Below are positions 25,423 to 35,955 of a stretch of 64,000 bases of DNA, piece after piece. The translations under genes and the position numbers were made by a program. The DNA lies in NCBI GenBank assembly GCA_027293415.1, contig JAPUFX010000102.1:4803-68802 (forward strand), in the 5' to 3' direction. The notes beneath the pieces were generated by a model that had not been told where the DNA came from, ran no database searches, and saw only the letters and a program-made list of their open reading frames with translations. The stretch comes from Candidatus Methylomirabilota bacterium. Lineage in GTDB: Bacteria; Methylomirabilota; Methylomirabilia; Methylomirabilales; CSP1-5. How positions within the stretch are numbered: the stretch's first letter is position 1; every line of letters starts with the position of its first letter.

Positions 25423-26007
25423 ATGCGATTCTCATTGTCCAACCTGGCGGTCATGGGTGCCCTCGTGGGGATGGGTGTCGTTGGACTTTCTCTCCTGGCA
25501 GGGGCAGAAGGGCACAGCAGACCCGGCATTGCCGCGTCGCCGAGCTCATCACCCGATGCAACCATCGACCGGATTCGGATGACCGAGTCGCGAATGGGAA
25601 AGCCGCTTTGGGAGGTTGAGGCAGACAAAGGAGAGATCTTTGAGGATCGAGGAATCGTCATTCTCACTCGGGTGGTTCACCCCGTGCGGATCGTTATTCA
25701 TAATGGTAAGGAATCGTTAACTACTCTTGCCGACAAGGCGGTCGTGGACCTTACGACAAAAGATTTGCAGCTCTTCGGCCATGTCCGGTCCGAGTCCAGC
25801 AAAGGGATGAAGTTTTCCACCGAACACCTCACCTGGTCTGCGGGAAAACGGCAGATCAGCACCGATGCTCCGGTTGTGATCAAAAAGGCGGGGTTGGAGA
25901 TCCGGGGGAAGGGGATGGTGGCCGACACGATCTTGGAGCACATGACCATCCGCAAGCCGGTCACGACTCTGATCACGCTGTCGAGAAAACAGGAGCCCGG
26001 TCGATGA
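25423..26007 (+). CDS. lptC: LPS export system protein LptC
   Basis: N-terminal anchor plus an OstA-like beta-jellyroll-length protein, located directly upstream of lptA and lptB. Confidence 0.75.
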   Translation: MRFSLSNLAVMGALVGMGVVGLSLLAGAEGHSRPGIAASPSSSPDATIDRIRMTESRMGKPLWEVEADKGEIFEDRGIVILTRVVHPVRIVIHNGKESLTTLADKAVVDLTTKDLQLFGHVRSESSKGMKFSTEHLTWSAGKRQISTDAPVVIKKAGLEIRGKGMVADTILEHMTIRKPVTTLITLSRKQEPGR

Positions 26008-26516
26008 CTCGACTAGCGGGTTGGGTGGGCTGTGTCCTGTTGCTCCTCTGCGGAACGTCCGCACTGGCAGCCCAGGCCCCGTCCTTAAAAGGGAGGGAGC
26101 CCGAGGGGCCTACGACCGTTACCGCGGATCGACTGGAGGTGAGCAGAAAAGAGCGCCGAGCGGTTTATACGGGAAATGTCGTGGCGAAAATGGCCGATTT
26201 TACGGTCACCGCCGATCGGATGGAGTTTACCTTTGATGAGAAGATGGAAGCGGTTGAACGCATGGTGGCGATCGGTCAGGTCCAGATTTCCCGTAGCGAC
26301 GGAACCAAGGTGATCTCCGAACGGGCCATCTATTACATCCCCCAAGAGAAGGTGGTTCTGGAGGGGCACCCCAGGGCCTCACAGGAAGGAAACACGGTGA
26401 GTGGGACGCGAATCATCCTGTATTTCAAAGAGGACCGCCAGGTGGTCGAGGGGGATGGAAGCGAACGAGTAACCGCCGTCATCTACCCCAAGCGGCAGCC
26501 GCGGCAGGCGAGGTGA
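26004..26516 (+). CDS. lptA: LPS transport periplasmic protein LptA (OstA-like)
   Basis: Signal peptide, the motifs ..TADRLE.......A.YTGNV and ...A.G.V......., and its position in the operon. Confidence 0.8.
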   Translation: MTRLAGWVGCVLLLLCGTSALAAQAPSLKGREPEGPTTVTADRLEVSRKERRAVYTGNVVAKMADFTVTADRMEFTFDEKMEAVERMVAIGQVQISRSDGTKVISERAIYYIPQEKVVLEGHPRASQEGNTVSGTRIILYFKEDRQVVEGDGSERVTAVIYPKRQPRQAR

Positions 26517-26525
26517 ATCTGGCTG

Positions 26526-27290
26526 GTGAATCAGCGATCTTCCGTCAGGTCTGGGACGGACATTCCAGAGGATGGTCTTCGAGCGGAGAAGTTGGTCAAG
26601 GCCTTCCGGGGGAGAAGGGTTGTTTCCGGGGTCAGTTTAGCCATCCGACCGGGGGAGGTGGTCGGCCTTTTGGGACCAAATGGCGCGGGGAAGACGACCA
26701 CTTTTTATATGATCCTTGGCCTTCTCCAACCGGATGGCGGACGTGTCTTGCTAGACGGGGAGGAGATTACCAACCTTCCAGTCTACCAGCGAGCGCAGCG
26801 CGGGATGGGATTTCTTCCCCAGGAGGCATCGGTCTTCCGGCGGCTGACGGTCAGGGAGAATCTGATGGCCGTCCTTGAGATCCTTCCCTTGAGTGAGGCG
26901 GAACGGATGAAGCGTCTGGATGATTTGCTCCACGAGCTGAACATCGCTCACCTCGCCGAGGCACCCGCCTATAGTCTCTCCGGTGGTGAACGACGGCGCA
27001 CGGAAATCGCACGCTCTCTGGCGACGTCGCCGGCTTTTATCCTCCTGGATGAGCCATTTTCCGGTATCGATCCCATCGCCGTGTATGATATTCAGACCCT
27101 GTTAATGCAACTCAGGAGCAGGGGTATTGGTCTCCTCGTTACCGACCACAATGTGCGAGAAACATTGCAAATTGTTGACCACGCTTATATCATTCATCAT
27201 GGTGAGGTATTGCTGTCCGGGACCGCTTCTGAGCTGGCCGCCGACCAGAAGGCGCGGGAGATTTATCTCGGGGAGCGTTTTACCCTGTAG
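26526..27290 (+). CDS. lptB: LPS export ABC transporter ATPase LptB
   Basis: GLLGPNGAGKTTTF, LSGGERRRTEIAR, and ILLDEPF.GIDP. Confidence 0.92.
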   Translation: MNQRSSVRSGTDIPEDGLRAEKLVKAFRGRRVVSGVSLAIRPGEVVGLLGPNGAGKTTTFYMILGLLQPDGGRVLLDGEEITNLPVYQRAQRGMGFLPQEASVFRRLTVRENLMAVLEILPLSEAERMKRLDDLLHELNIAHLAEAPAYSLSGGERRRTEIARSLATSPAFILLDEPFSGIDPIAVYDIQTLLMQLRSRGIGLLVTDHNVRETLQIVDHAYIIHHGEVLLSGTASELAADQKAREIYLGERFTL

Positions 27291-27393
27291 GCTGATGGTA
27301 GATGACGCGAGGCGCCTGTGAGCAGGGATAATACGAGGGAACCACCGAGAGATTTGGGCGAAAGGGCAACCACCAACAGTGATTTGAGCAGCT

Positions 27394-28818
27394 ATGGCTA
27401 TGGAACTCCGGCTTAGCCTTCGTCAGACCCAGCGGATGATCATGACTCAATCGCTGCAGCAGGCGATCGGGCTGCTGCAGCTGTCGCGGCTGGAGCTCCT
27501 CCAGACGGTAACGCAGGAACTGGAACAGAATCCACTTCTGGAAGAAGAGCTTGAGGAGGATGCCCAACTCCCGGCGGAGGGGACGGGGGAAGGAAAGGAA
27601 GGGGAGGAAGAGGGGGAACGAAGTGAGGACCCCCTCAGCGATTTTGACTGGGAGAGCTATCTGCAGGACGCCTCAGACTATCGCCGGGAGTTTCCCCGGG
27701 AAGAGGTCGAAGGCTGGTCTTCAGAGGAACGCCTAACCCGTCCCCGCTCCTTGTCGGATCACCTTCTCTTTCAGCTTCACCTTTCCACCTCGGATCCGGT
27801 CATGATCGAGTGGGCCACCGAGATTATAGGAAATCTCGATGAAAACGGGTACCTGAATGTATGCCTGGAAGAACTGAAGGAGAGTAGGTCGGTAGATCTA
27901 ACTGTGATAGAGGAGGGTCTCCGGCTGGTTCAGAGCTTCGATCCCGTCGGGGTGGCCGCGCGAGACCTCCGGGAGTGTCTCGTCCTTCAGCTCGATAGTC
28001 TGAAGGATGGAGCAGAGGTCGCCCTGGCGGGCACCCTGGTCGCCGATCACTTGGCAGAACTCGAAGGGCGCCATCTGACGAGGATTGCAGATAAGCTGAA
28101 GGTCCCGGTGAAGTCGATACAAGATGCGCTCCTCCTGATCTGTTCTCTCGAACCGAAGCCGGGGCGTACCTTTAGCACCGAGGAACCCCGATACATTACC
28201 CCCGATGTCTTTATCCTGAAGGTTGATGATCGCTTTGTAGTAGTCCTCAACGATGATGGTCTTCCCCGCCTCAGAATCAGCTCTTACTACCGCGGACTGT
28301 TGAGCAAGGGACGCTCGGGTTCCAGGGAGACCCGGGACTATGTCGAGGGCAAGATGCGGTCTGCCCTGTGGCTCATCCGCTCCATTGAGCAGCGTCAGCG
28401 CACTTTGTTCAAAGTAACCGAATCGATTGTGAAGTTTCAACGAGACTTCTTGGAAAACGGTATCACTCGCATGCGGCCGCTGACACTCAAGGAGGTGGCC
28501 GAGGATATTAGTATGCACGAGTCTACGGTGAGTCGGGTCACTACGAGCAAGTATGTTCACACCCCCGAAGGTCTCTTCGAGCTCAAGTACTTTTTCCATC
28601 GAGGAGTCCAGGCCGTAGATGGCGGGTCGGTTTCCTCCCTCACAGTCAAGGAGCTGGTCCGAAGGCTCCTCACTGGAGAAGATACAGGCAAGCCTCTCTC
28701 TGACCAGAAGGTCGTAGAGATCTTGAGACAACAGGGCATTGAGATCGCCCGCCGGACCGTCGCCAAGTATCGGGGACAACTCAAGATCCCTTCCTCCAGC
28801 CGGCGTCGGAGATACTAG
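27394..28818 (+). CDS. rpoN: RNA polymerase sigma-54 factor
   Basis: Q-rich region I at the N-terminus, an acidic linker, and a C-terminal HTH with the RpoN box (ARRTVAKYR). Confidence 0.93.
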   Translation: MAMELRLSLRQTQRMIMTQSLQQAIGLLQLSRLELLQTVTQELEQNPLLEEELEEDAQLPAEGTGEGKEGEEEGERSEDPLSDFDWESYLQDASDYRREFPREEVEGWSSEERLTRPRSLSDHLLFQLHLSTSDPVMIEWATEIIGNLDENGYLNVCLEELKESRSVDLTVIEEGLRLVQSFDPVGVAARDLRECLVLQLDSLKDGAEVALAGTLVADHLAELEGRHLTRIADKLKVPVKSIQDALLLICSLEPKPGRTFSTEEPRYITPDVFILKVDDRFVVVLNDDGLPRLRISSYYRGLLSKGRSGSRETRDYVEGKMRSALWLIRSIEQRQRTLFKVTESIVKFQRDFLENGITRMRPLTLKEVAEDISMHESTVSRVTTSKYVHTPEGLFELKYFFHRGVQAVDGGSVSSLTVKELVRRLLTGEDTGKPLSDQKVVEILRQQGIEIARRTVAKYRGQLKIPSSSRRRRY

Positions 28819-28872
28819 TCTCCCTCCGGTCCCCTTCCCGCTGGTTCCTTTTGCTCAGGAGGTTACAAAAAC

Positions 28873-29394
28873 ATGCAGATCTTTCTCACCGGGCGCAATC
28901 TAGAGGTCACCGAGGCCCTCCGGCGATATGCGGAAGAAAAGGTGGGGAGGCTCCAGAAGTATCTCGACAAGATCACGTCCGCCCACATTGTTTTGTCCTT
29001 GCAGAAATACCGTCAGATCGCAGAGGTGACCCTCCACGTGAGGGACCTCACTATCCGCGGGGAAGAGAGCACAGAGGATCTGTATTCCTCGATCGATCTG
29101 GTGATGGAGAAGGTGGAACGCCAGTTACAGAAATATAAGGGGAAGATAGTGAGCCATGCCAATCGGAGCGCGAGGACTCAGGGCATGGCAATATCCCCGC
29201 TGGAGGAGGAGGGGCCTCGCGTGGTGAAGACCAAGCGCTTTGCCATGAAGCCGATGTCACTCGATGAGGCCATGTTGCAGATGGATCTGCTCGGTCACAA
29301 CTTTTATGTCTTCCGCAACGCCCGGACCGATGAGGTCAATGTGTTGTACCGACGCCATGAGGGCAACTATGGCTTGATCGAGCCAGAGACCTAA
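28873..29394 (+). CDS. hpf: Ribosome hibernation promoting factor (long form)
   Basis: MQI.ITGRN.EVT.ALR.Y...K...L.KY, plus the C-terminal dimerisation domain (F.VF.N..T...NV.YRR..G.YGLIEP). Confidence 0.9.
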   Translation: MQIFLTGRNLEVTEALRRYAEEKVGRLQKYLDKITSAHIVLSLQKYRQIAEVTLHVRDLTIRGEESTEDLYSSIDLVMEKVERQLQKYKGKIVSHANRSARTQGMAISPLEEEGPRVVKTKRFAMKPMSLDEAMLQMDLLGHNFYVFRNARTDEVNVLYRRHEGNYGLIEPET

Positions 29395-29488
29395 GAGCCG
29401 TTGGTGGCGCATCGGAAGGAGTCAACGATGCCACTGCCTCTCGTTTGCTTCAGCGGTTAACAGCGGACAATCGGCCAACCGGGGACCC

Positions 29489-30346
29489 ATGGAGTTTATC
29501 ATCATTACAGGGATGTCGGGTGCCGGCAAGAGCCAGGCGATCAAGACCGTGGAAGACCTCGGTGTTTTTTGCGTTGACAACCTTCCCGCCTCCCTCATTC
29601 CAACTGTCGCAGATCTCTGTGCCCACTCGGAACGCCACGTCGACCGCGTTGCTTTCGTTATCGACATTCGAGAGGGGGAGTTCCTTGGCCCCTTACACGA
29701 GGTCTTGGCCACCCTAAGGCAGCGCGGACATGCCGTCCGCGTCCTCTTCTTGGAGGCGGATGATCAGATCCTGCTCCGGCGGTTCAGCGAGAGCCGTCGG
29801 CCCCATCCCCTCGCGCCGCGGGGGTCGATTCTCCAGGGGATCAGTCTAGAACGGCAGCGAATGGCCCAGCTCAAGGCCGAGGCCGACATGGTTCTCGATA
29901 CAGGTGACCTTACCATCCATGACCTCCGGAGACTCTTGGTCAGCGCCTTTCACGACCATCGACCAGGCAGCAAAACGACGATCACAATGGTTTCTTTCGG
30001 ATACCGGCACGGTCTCCCCCCCGATGCCGACCTCATCTTCGATCTCCGCTGCCTCCCCAATCCGCATTTCCAGGAGGAATTGCGGCCGCTTAGTGGGCAA
30101 AATCCCGAGGTTGCCAAGTTCCTCCTAGACAATCCCAGGGCTCGATCGTACCTAGAGCAGCTCTGGAATTTTCTTCGATTTACATTTCCTTACTATCTGC
30201 AAGAAGGAAGGGCCTATCTCACCGTCGCCCTTGGCTGCACCGGCGGGCGGCACAGGTCGGTAGCCGCCGCCGAGTATCTAGTCGGCCAGTTTGAGGCTGA
30301 AGGCCACGAGGTGGGGGTGCGGCATCGCGACATCGATAAAGAGTAA
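29489..30346 (+). CDS. rapZ: RNase adapter protein RapZ (YhbJ)
   Basis: ITGMSGAGKS, FCVDNLP, and C-terminal GCTGG.HRSV. Confidence 0.92.
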   Translation: MEFIIITGMSGAGKSQAIKTVEDLGVFCVDNLPASLIPTVADLCAHSERHVDRVAFVIDIREGEFLGPLHEVLATLRQRGHAVRVLFLEADDQILLRRFSESRRPHPLAPRGSILQGISLERQRMAQLKAEADMVLDTGDLTIHDLRRLLVSAFHDHRPGSKTTITMVSFGYRHGLPPDADLIFDLRCLPNPHFQEELRPLSGQNPEVAKFLLDNPRARSYLEQLWNFLRFTFPYYLQEGRAYLTVALGCTGGRHRSVAAAEYLVGQFEAEGHEVGVRHRDIDKE

Positions 30347-30350
30347 TTCG

Positions 30351-31169
30351 ATGTCCGGAGTCATGAGCATTCCCGGGCGGGGGAAGCACGAAAGCCGCTG
30401 GCGTTTTATTCTGGACGAGCCCCGCGATGGTCCGACCAACATGGCCATCGATGAGGTACTAGCGTCCGGTTGCGCCCGAGGCTGGAGTCCCCCTACTCTC
30501 CGTCTCTACCGCTGGACCATCCCTACCGTCTCGCTGGGCTACAACCAACCCATTCACGGGCAAGTGGACCTGTCTACTTGCCATCAGCGTGGGGTCCCCG
30601 TAGTGCGGCGGCCCACGGGGGGCCGGGCCCTCCTTCACGACCAAGAGCTTACTTACAGCCTTGCCCTGCCCAACCGCCGGGGGAGCCGGGGTGTCCTTCA
30701 AGACTATCTATGGATAAGCAAATGTCTCCTCCTCGCCGTGAGAAAATTAGGAGTGGTGGCGACCTTGAGCCGGGGCGATCGCGCCGCAGGCGCGGCAGGC
30801 GGCCTCTGTTTCAACTCTTCTTCGCGGTATGAGCTGACGGTCGATGGACGAAAGTTGGTTGGGTCGGCACAAAGGCGGTATGACCACGCCCTCCTCCAGC
30901 AGGGATCCCTCTTGATTGAGATAGACCTTGCCGCCTGGATTGCACTCCTTCCACAGGCGAGGGAGATGGCAATGCGGGCAACTGCTCTCCGGTGTGTGCT
31001 CGGGCGATCCGCCTCGTGGGAGGAGTTAGTTGAGGCCATACATGTTGGGTTCGAGGAGGGGGCCGGAGTCGGGCTGGACTTGGGCGAACTAACACCGCGA
31101 GAGTTGAAGACGGCTCAGACTCTGGTGCAGAAACAGTACGGAACCAGCGATTGGACCTTTCGCCGATAG
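30351..31169 (+). CDS. Biotin/lipoate A/B protein ligase family protein (LplA/LipM-like)
   Basis: ORF 30291..31169; I chose ATG 30351. Contains ..P.NMA.DE.L and RR.TGGRA..HD.E.TYS, and a K residue in the ..GRK..GSAQ context. Confidence 0.75.
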   Translation: MSGVMSIPGRGKHESRWRFILDEPRDGPTNMAIDEVLASGCARGWSPPTLRLYRWTIPTVSLGYNQPIHGQVDLSTCHQRGVPVVRRPTGGRALLHDQELTYSLALPNRRGSRGVLQDYLWISKCLLLAVRKLGVVATLSRGDRAAGAAGGLCFNSSSRYELTVDGRKLVGSAQRRYDHALLQQGSLLIEIDLAAWIALLPQAREMAMRATALRCVLGRSASWEELVEAIHVGFEEGAGVGLDLGELTPRELKTAQTLVQKQYGTSDWTFRR

Positions 31170-31219
31170 AACATAGGGCTCAGAAGGTGCTTCTGACGGC
31201 CCCGTGACTGAGTTGCGCC

Positions 31220-31249
31220 TTGACAGGTGTAGCAAAAGTCTGGTATCCT
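31220..31249 (+). promoter_or_regulatory. Sigma-70-type promoter upstream of the TPR gene
   Basis: TTGACA, 18 nt, TATCCT. Confidence 0.4.
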
Positions 31250-31303
31250 AAAGCCGGCAATTGTTTGATTTTTGAGGCTTAGAGCCGATCAGCGAGAAGT
31301 TGC

Positions 31304-32938
31304 GTGAATAAAGACAAGCGAAAGGGCCTTGAAAGGGCCTTGGCTTACATCCAGCAGGGAAAACTCGACCGGGCCTTCGACGCATACCAGACGGTCTTAA
31401 AGGCGGATCCGGCTGATTCTAACGTGTTAAATGCATTGGGGGATCTCTGCGCTCGCATGGGGAATAAGGCCGAGGCCATCACCTATTTCATGCGCCTAGG
31501 CGGAGCCTATCGAGATGATGGTCTTACTGTGCGCGCTATCGCGGTCTACAAAAAGGTGCTCAAGCTTGACCCCTCGCATACCGAGGCTTCGTTAGCTTGC
31601 GCGGACCAGTATGCCGAGCAAGGCCTCCGCGCAGAAGCCAAACAGCAGTTTCAGGGGATCGCCGACCACTACCTCAGGAGGGGCAACTTATCCAAGACCC
31701 TGGAGATCTATGAAAAGATGATCCGGGTTGACCCGGCGCATCGCCCGACCCTCTCGAAGGTTGCGGGGATCCTTACACGGCCGGGCGGAGTGGAGGAGTC
31801 CCTCACCGGACTCAATTCGCTGGGGGAACGTCTCCTCGGGTCCGGACACGCGGAAGTTGCTCGACAGCTGTATGAAGCCGTGGTGGACCTATTCAGGTCT
31901 CATGGACGGGAGGCCGAAGCGACCCGAGCCGCTGAGGGGCTCAACGCTATCCGTCTCGCTGAGGAGGAAGCGAAGACCGCCGAGGTCGCAACAGTCCCGT
32001 CCGCCGGAGAAAAGGGTCTCATCGAGGCGGAAGAAATGGTAGGGGCGGGTGTCTCGGCAGATTTCGTTGAGGAGTCCCAGGTTGCCACTATGGAGATGGA
32101 CACCTCGGGGGGAGCTCAGGAGGTGACCTCTCTTGTAGACCAAGTTGAGGAGGTGGTCGAGGTGGTTGGGTCCCAGACACTGACAGATGAGCTACAGGAA
32201 GCGGAGTTCTTCGTGCAGCAAGGGATGATGCAGGAGGCGCAAAGTGCCTTTCAACGAATCCTCGTACGGGACCCAGAGCATACCGTGGCTAAACAAAAGT
32301 TAGCGGAGATCGAGCGCAAGATTGCGGCACCCGCAAAAGAGAAACCTCGTCGGCCGGCCGCAAAGAAAGATACGGTCTTTAAAGTTGCTGACACGCAAGT
32401 TGTCCAGGGAGATTTCATAGACCTCGCCGGTGAACTGAACGAGGAGCTGGCCCTGGAAGAGAAAGCTTCGTCTGCGGACATTGAACCCGAAGTGCAGGAC
32501 TTACTTCACCAATTCCAGGCAGGGGTCCGTGAACAGATCGATGTGACCGACTACGAGACGCATTACCATCTAGGGATTGCCTATAAGGACCTAGGACTCT
32601 ACGATGAGGCCATTGAAGAACTGCGATTGGCCGCTAGCGATGCCGCCAATCGGGTCCGATGTGCGGGTCCCCTGGGCCTCACCTATCTTGCCAAGGGGGA
32701 ACCGGAGCAGGCGGTAGAAGAGCTGCTCGAGGGGCTTGCTGCAACACAGAACGGGACTGAGGAACGTTGGGGAGTCCTTTACGATCTTGCGACTGCCTAT
32801 GAGGCACTGGGGGACGCACAAAAGGCGCTCGAGGCACTCCAATCCATCCACAGCGAGTCACCGAAGTTCCGAGACATTCGCACGCGGGTCCGGGACCTGC
32901 GAGGCCGCCTTGGTACCGGCCGGGAATCCGTTGGATGA
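31304..32938 (+). CDS. TPR-repeat protein with acidic central region
   Basis: 544 aa. TPR-like A..Y...L..DP repeats at both ends, with an E/V-rich low-complexity middle. Confidence 0.65.
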   Translation: MNKDKRKGLERALAYIQQGKLDRAFDAYQTVLKADPADSNVLNALGDLCARMGNKAEAITYFMRLGGAYRDDGLTVRAIAVYKKVLKLDPSHTEASLACADQYAEQGLRAEAKQQFQGIADHYLRRGNLSKTLEIYEKMIRVDPAHRPTLSKVAGILTRPGGVEESLTGLNSLGERLLGSGHAEVARQLYEAVVDLFRSHGREAEATRAAEGLNAIRLAEEEAKTAEVATVPSAGEKGLIEAEEMVGAGVSADFVEESQVATMEMDTSGGAQEVTSLVDQVEEVVEVVGSQTLTDELQEAEFFVQQGMMQEAQSAFQRILVRDPEHTVAKQKLAEIERKIAAPAKEKPRRPAAKKDTVFKVADTQVVQGDFIDLAGELNEELALEEKASSADIEPEVQDLLHQFQAGVREQIDVTDYETHYHLGIAYKDLGLYDEAIEELRLAASDAANRVRCAGPLGLTYLAKGEPEQAVEELLEGLAATQNGTEERWGVLYDLATAYEALGDAQKALEALQSIHSESPKFRDIRTRVRDLRGRLGTGRESVG

Positions 32939-33064
32939 CATTGCAAATGAGGACGGCTTGCTCGGGCACCGGACTTTCGTTATCGCAGAGGGGGGTGCCG
33001 TTACGCAAGATGCGCCCGGTTGGAGAACGCGTTCGCCCGGTCACGTGATGCCAGGTGGCCATCA

Positions 33065-33634
33065 GTGAATCTGCCGAATACGCTCACCCTGGTTCGAATC
33101 TTTCTGGTTCCCTTCCTTGTGGTTTTCCTGATCGCGAGTGCTGAACCCCGCAATTATCCGGCGGGGGCTATCTTTCTCGCGGCGGTCCTCACCGACTGGC
33201 TGGACGGTCGAATTGCCAGGAGCCGCAGACAGGTCACCACCCTGGGGCAGCTTCTGGACCCCATCGCCGACAAACTGCTCATCGCTGCGGCGCTCATCTC
33301 GCTGGTGGAGATTGGGCGGGTGCCGGCCTGGGTGGCCACGGTAATCATCGGCCGGGATATCGCCATCACTGGGCTTCGAGGCATTGCTGCATCCCAGGGA
33401 CTCATCATTGCCGCCTCCCAGTTAGGGAAGATCAAGATGGTGACAGAGGTCGTCGCAGTGAGCCTCCTGATCCTTGATCTGGGGACCTCACGGGTTCCCG
33501 GTCTCCCCCTTAGTCTTGGTGGTATTGCTCTGGGGGTAGCAGTCGCCATGAGCGTGGTTTCTGGAATCGACTACTTTGCTCGGTTTTGGCGGCAGCTCGG
33601 CCTTGGGGGCACAATTCGGCCGAAAGGAGATTGA
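33065..33634 (+). CDS. pgsA: CDP-diacylglycerol-glycerol-3-phosphate 3-phosphatidyltransferase
   Basis: NLPN.LT..R and the D.LDG..AR.....T..G..LDP.ADK motif. I chose GTG 33065; the ORF opens at 33020. Confidence 0.85.
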   Translation: MNLPNTLTLVRIFLVPFLVVFLIASAEPRNYPAGAIFLAAVLTDWLDGRIARSRRQVTTLGQLLDPIADKLLIAAALISLVEIGRVPAWVATVIIGRDIAITGLRGIAASQGLIIAASQLGKIKMVTEVVAVSLLILDLGTSRVPGLPLSLGGIALGVAVAMSVVSGIDYFARFWRQLGLGGTIRPKGD

Positions 33635-33635
33635 G

Positions 33636-34868
33636 TTGGCCTTGATCATTCAGAAATACGGCGGGACCTCGGTACGAGACGTTGGACGGCTCCAACAGGT
33701 CGCCAGAGGCATTGTTGAGGTGCGGGAGAGTGGGAATGATGTGGTGGTGGTCGTCTCGGCTATGGCTGGAGAGACCAATCGGCTCCTTCAGCTCGCCCAT
33801 CAGATCACCGATGCCCCCAATACACGGGAGCTGGATGTTATCCTTGCCACGGGAGAACAGGTAGCCATCGGGCTGCTTTCCTTGTCCATCCAGGCCTCTG
33901 GCGCCAGGGCCCGATCCTTTACCGGGACACAGGTGCGCATTCTCACGGACAATGTGCACACCAGGGCCCGGATTGTCAATATCGACGTTGAGAGGATCCG
34001 GCACGCGCTCCGGGAAAACGAGGTCGCTATCGTGGCAGGGTTTCAGGGGGTAAACGCTGAGGAGGAAGTCACGACCCTTGGCCGTGGAGGGTCGGACCTG
34101 ACCGCCGTGGCCTTGGCCGCTGCCCTGAACGCAGACATGTGCGAGATCTATACCGATGTGGAAGGGGTCTACACGGCGGATCCCGGCATGGTTCCCACGG
34201 CTCGGAAGCTCTCCCGGATTACTTACGAGGAGATGATCGAGATCGCCAGCCTGGGGGCTAAGGTGCTGCAGCCACGGGCGGTCGAGTATGCCAAGAACTA
34301 CAATGTCTCTATCCACGTGCGTTCGAGCTTCACCAAGAGTCCAGGGACGTTGGTGGTCCAGGAGGATCAAGACATGGAAAGGGTCGTGGTCTCGGGGATT
34401 GCGTATAACAAAAACGAAGCAAAGATCACCATTACCCGGGTGGTCGACCGCCCCGGGATCGCCGCCAAGCTGTTTGGCAACGTGGCAGATGCGGGCGTCG
34501 TGGTGGACATGATCGTTCAGAACATTAGCCAGGACGGGCACACCGATATTTCCTTTACGGTCCCGCGAGTCGATTTTCACAAGGCGAAGGAGCTTGTCCA
34601 GGGCGTGGCCAAGGAGATCGGGGCGGACCAGGTCCTGGGCGATGATCGGATTGCGAAAGTATCCATCGTGGGGCTGGGAATGCGGACGCACTCTGGGGTG
34701 GCGGCCAAGATCTTTGGGGCCTTGGCGGCAGAACAAATCAATATTATGATGATCAGCACCTCGGAAATTAAGGTTTCCTGCGTGATAGACGAACGGGACA
34801 CCGAGCGGGCGGTGCGGGTTCTCCACGATGCCTTTGAGCTGCAGACCGAGCCGCCGATAGGGGAATGA
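33636..34868 (+). CDS. lysC: Aspartate kinase
   Basis: (M)[22 protein letters not shown], and two C-terminal ACT regions. The TTG start follows an aaaggaga RBS. Confidence 0.92.
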   Translation: MALIIQKYGGTSVRDVGRLQQVARGIVEVRESGNDVVVVVSAMAGETNRLLQLAHQITDAPNTRELDVILATGEQVAIGLLSLSIQASGARARSFTGTQVRILTDNVHTRARIVNIDVERIRHALRENEVAIVAGFQGVNAEEEVTTLGRGGSDLTAVALAAALNADMCEIYTDVEGVYTADPGMVPTARKLSRITYEEMIEIASLGAKVLQPRAVEYAKNYNVSIHVRSSFTKSPGTLVVQEDQDMERVVVSGIAYNKNEAKITITRVVDRPGIAAKLFGNVADAGVVVDMIVQNISQDGHTDISFTVPRVDFHKAKELVQGVAKEIGADQVLGDDRIAKVSIVGLGMRTHSGVAAKIFGALAAEQINIMMISTSEIKVSCVIDERDTERAVRVLHDAFELQTEPPIGE

Positions 34869-35266
34869 TGAGACTTCGCATCTTCGCCCCCACAGATGCC
34901 GCTTTGGCGGCGCTCCTTCTGCTGATCCTAACTCTCGTGGCTGTCTCAGGGCTCGTGTTGAAGGAGGAAGGGCCGGGGTTTGCTGTCCAATTGCAGTCAC
35001 AAGCCGGGGAGCGCCCGACACAAGAAGTATTCCGATCCGCAAGGGATTTGCGCGTCAATCTCAATCGTGCGGGGGCATTCCTTCTGGCCACCCTGCCGGG
35101 GATCGGTCCGACACTGGCCGAAGGGATCGTCCGGTTTCGCGAAGTGCATGGTCCCTTCCGGCACGTTTCGGATGTGAAAGGAGTTCCGGGGATCGGTCCC
35201 AAGCGCCTGAGAAAGATGCTTCCATATTTAACCTTGGGGGAGGAGGCGACATGGTCTACCAGGTAA
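34865..35266 (+). CDS. comEA: ComEA-family helix-hairpin-helix DNA-binding protein
   Basis: N-terminal anchor; VNLNRA....L..LPGIGP..A..IV.FR...G.F..V.D...V.GIG.K.... Confidence 0.75.
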   Translation: MMRLRIFAPTDAALAALLLLILTLVAVSGLVLKEEGPGFAVQLQSQAGERPTQEVFRSARDLRVNLNRAGAFLLATLPGIGPTLAEGIVRFREVHGPFRHVSDVKGVPGIGPKRLRKMLPYLTLGEEATWSTR

Positions 35267-35955
35267 GACTTCCAGCTTTTGAAGGACCCCTGGACCTTCT
35301 CTTACACCTCGTCCGAGTCAACCAGGTCGACATCTATGACATTCCCATCGCTCGGATCACCGATGAATATTTCCAGTATCTCCGTATGATGGAGGAGCTG
35401 GATCTAGAGCTAGCGGGGGAGTTTCTCGTAATGGCGGCGACACTGGTTTATGTCAAATCCCGAATGTTGTTACCGCTGGAGCCGACCGAAGAGGAGGGAT
35501 TCGAAGAGGACCCGCGGACTCCCCTGGTGGACATGCTGGTAGAGTACCAGCGTTTCAGGACTGCCTCTGAGGAGTTTGCACTCCACGAGGATCGGCAGCG
35601 ACAATACTTCCTCCGCTCCGAGCCGGTTGAGCTCCCGTCTACCGGAGCACCACTGGAAATTGACCTCGCGGATCTCCTTGATGCTTTTCGAGCCGTGTTG
35701 ACTCGTGCAAAGGACCGGCCCGTCTTGGAACTCATGGCTCGGCCGCTGACAACGGGGGAGCGGATGGTCGCCATCCTCGACCGGTTGGCGCTAGAGGAGC
35801 CGGTCCCCTTTGAGGCGCTATTCTCTGCGGAGGCGGACCGGGCACTGGTTGTTGTCACTTTTCTTGGGCTACTCGAGCTGATTCGGCAGGGCGCGGTGCG
35901 AGTCTGGCAGACCCTTTCCTTTGGAGAAATCGTCATCGCCCGAGCAGTGCCATGA
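35251..35955 (+). CDS. scpA: Segregation and condensation protein A
   Basis: FEGPLDLLLHLV....VDIYDIPIA.IT. Confidence 0.88.
   Translation: MVYQVRLPAFEGPLDLLLHLVRVNQVDIYDIPIARITDEYFQYLRMMEELDLELAGEFLVMAATLVYVKSRMLLPLEPTEEEGFEEDPRTPLVDMLVEYQRFRTASEEFALHEDRQRQYFLRSEPVELPSTGAPLEIDLADLLDAFRAVLTRAKDRPVLELMARPLTTGERMVAILDRLALEEPVPFEALFSAEADRALVVVTFLGLLELIRQGAVRVWQTLSFGEIVIARAVP

Noticed and set aside
33510-35042. A 510-aa minus-strand ORF, the longest 'extra' ORF in the track.
   Set aside because: It lies antisense to unambiguous pgsA, lysC and comEA coding sequence. Its translation is Arg/Pro/Gly/His-rich low-complexity sequence with no motif. Long antisense ORFs are expected in high-GC coding DNA.
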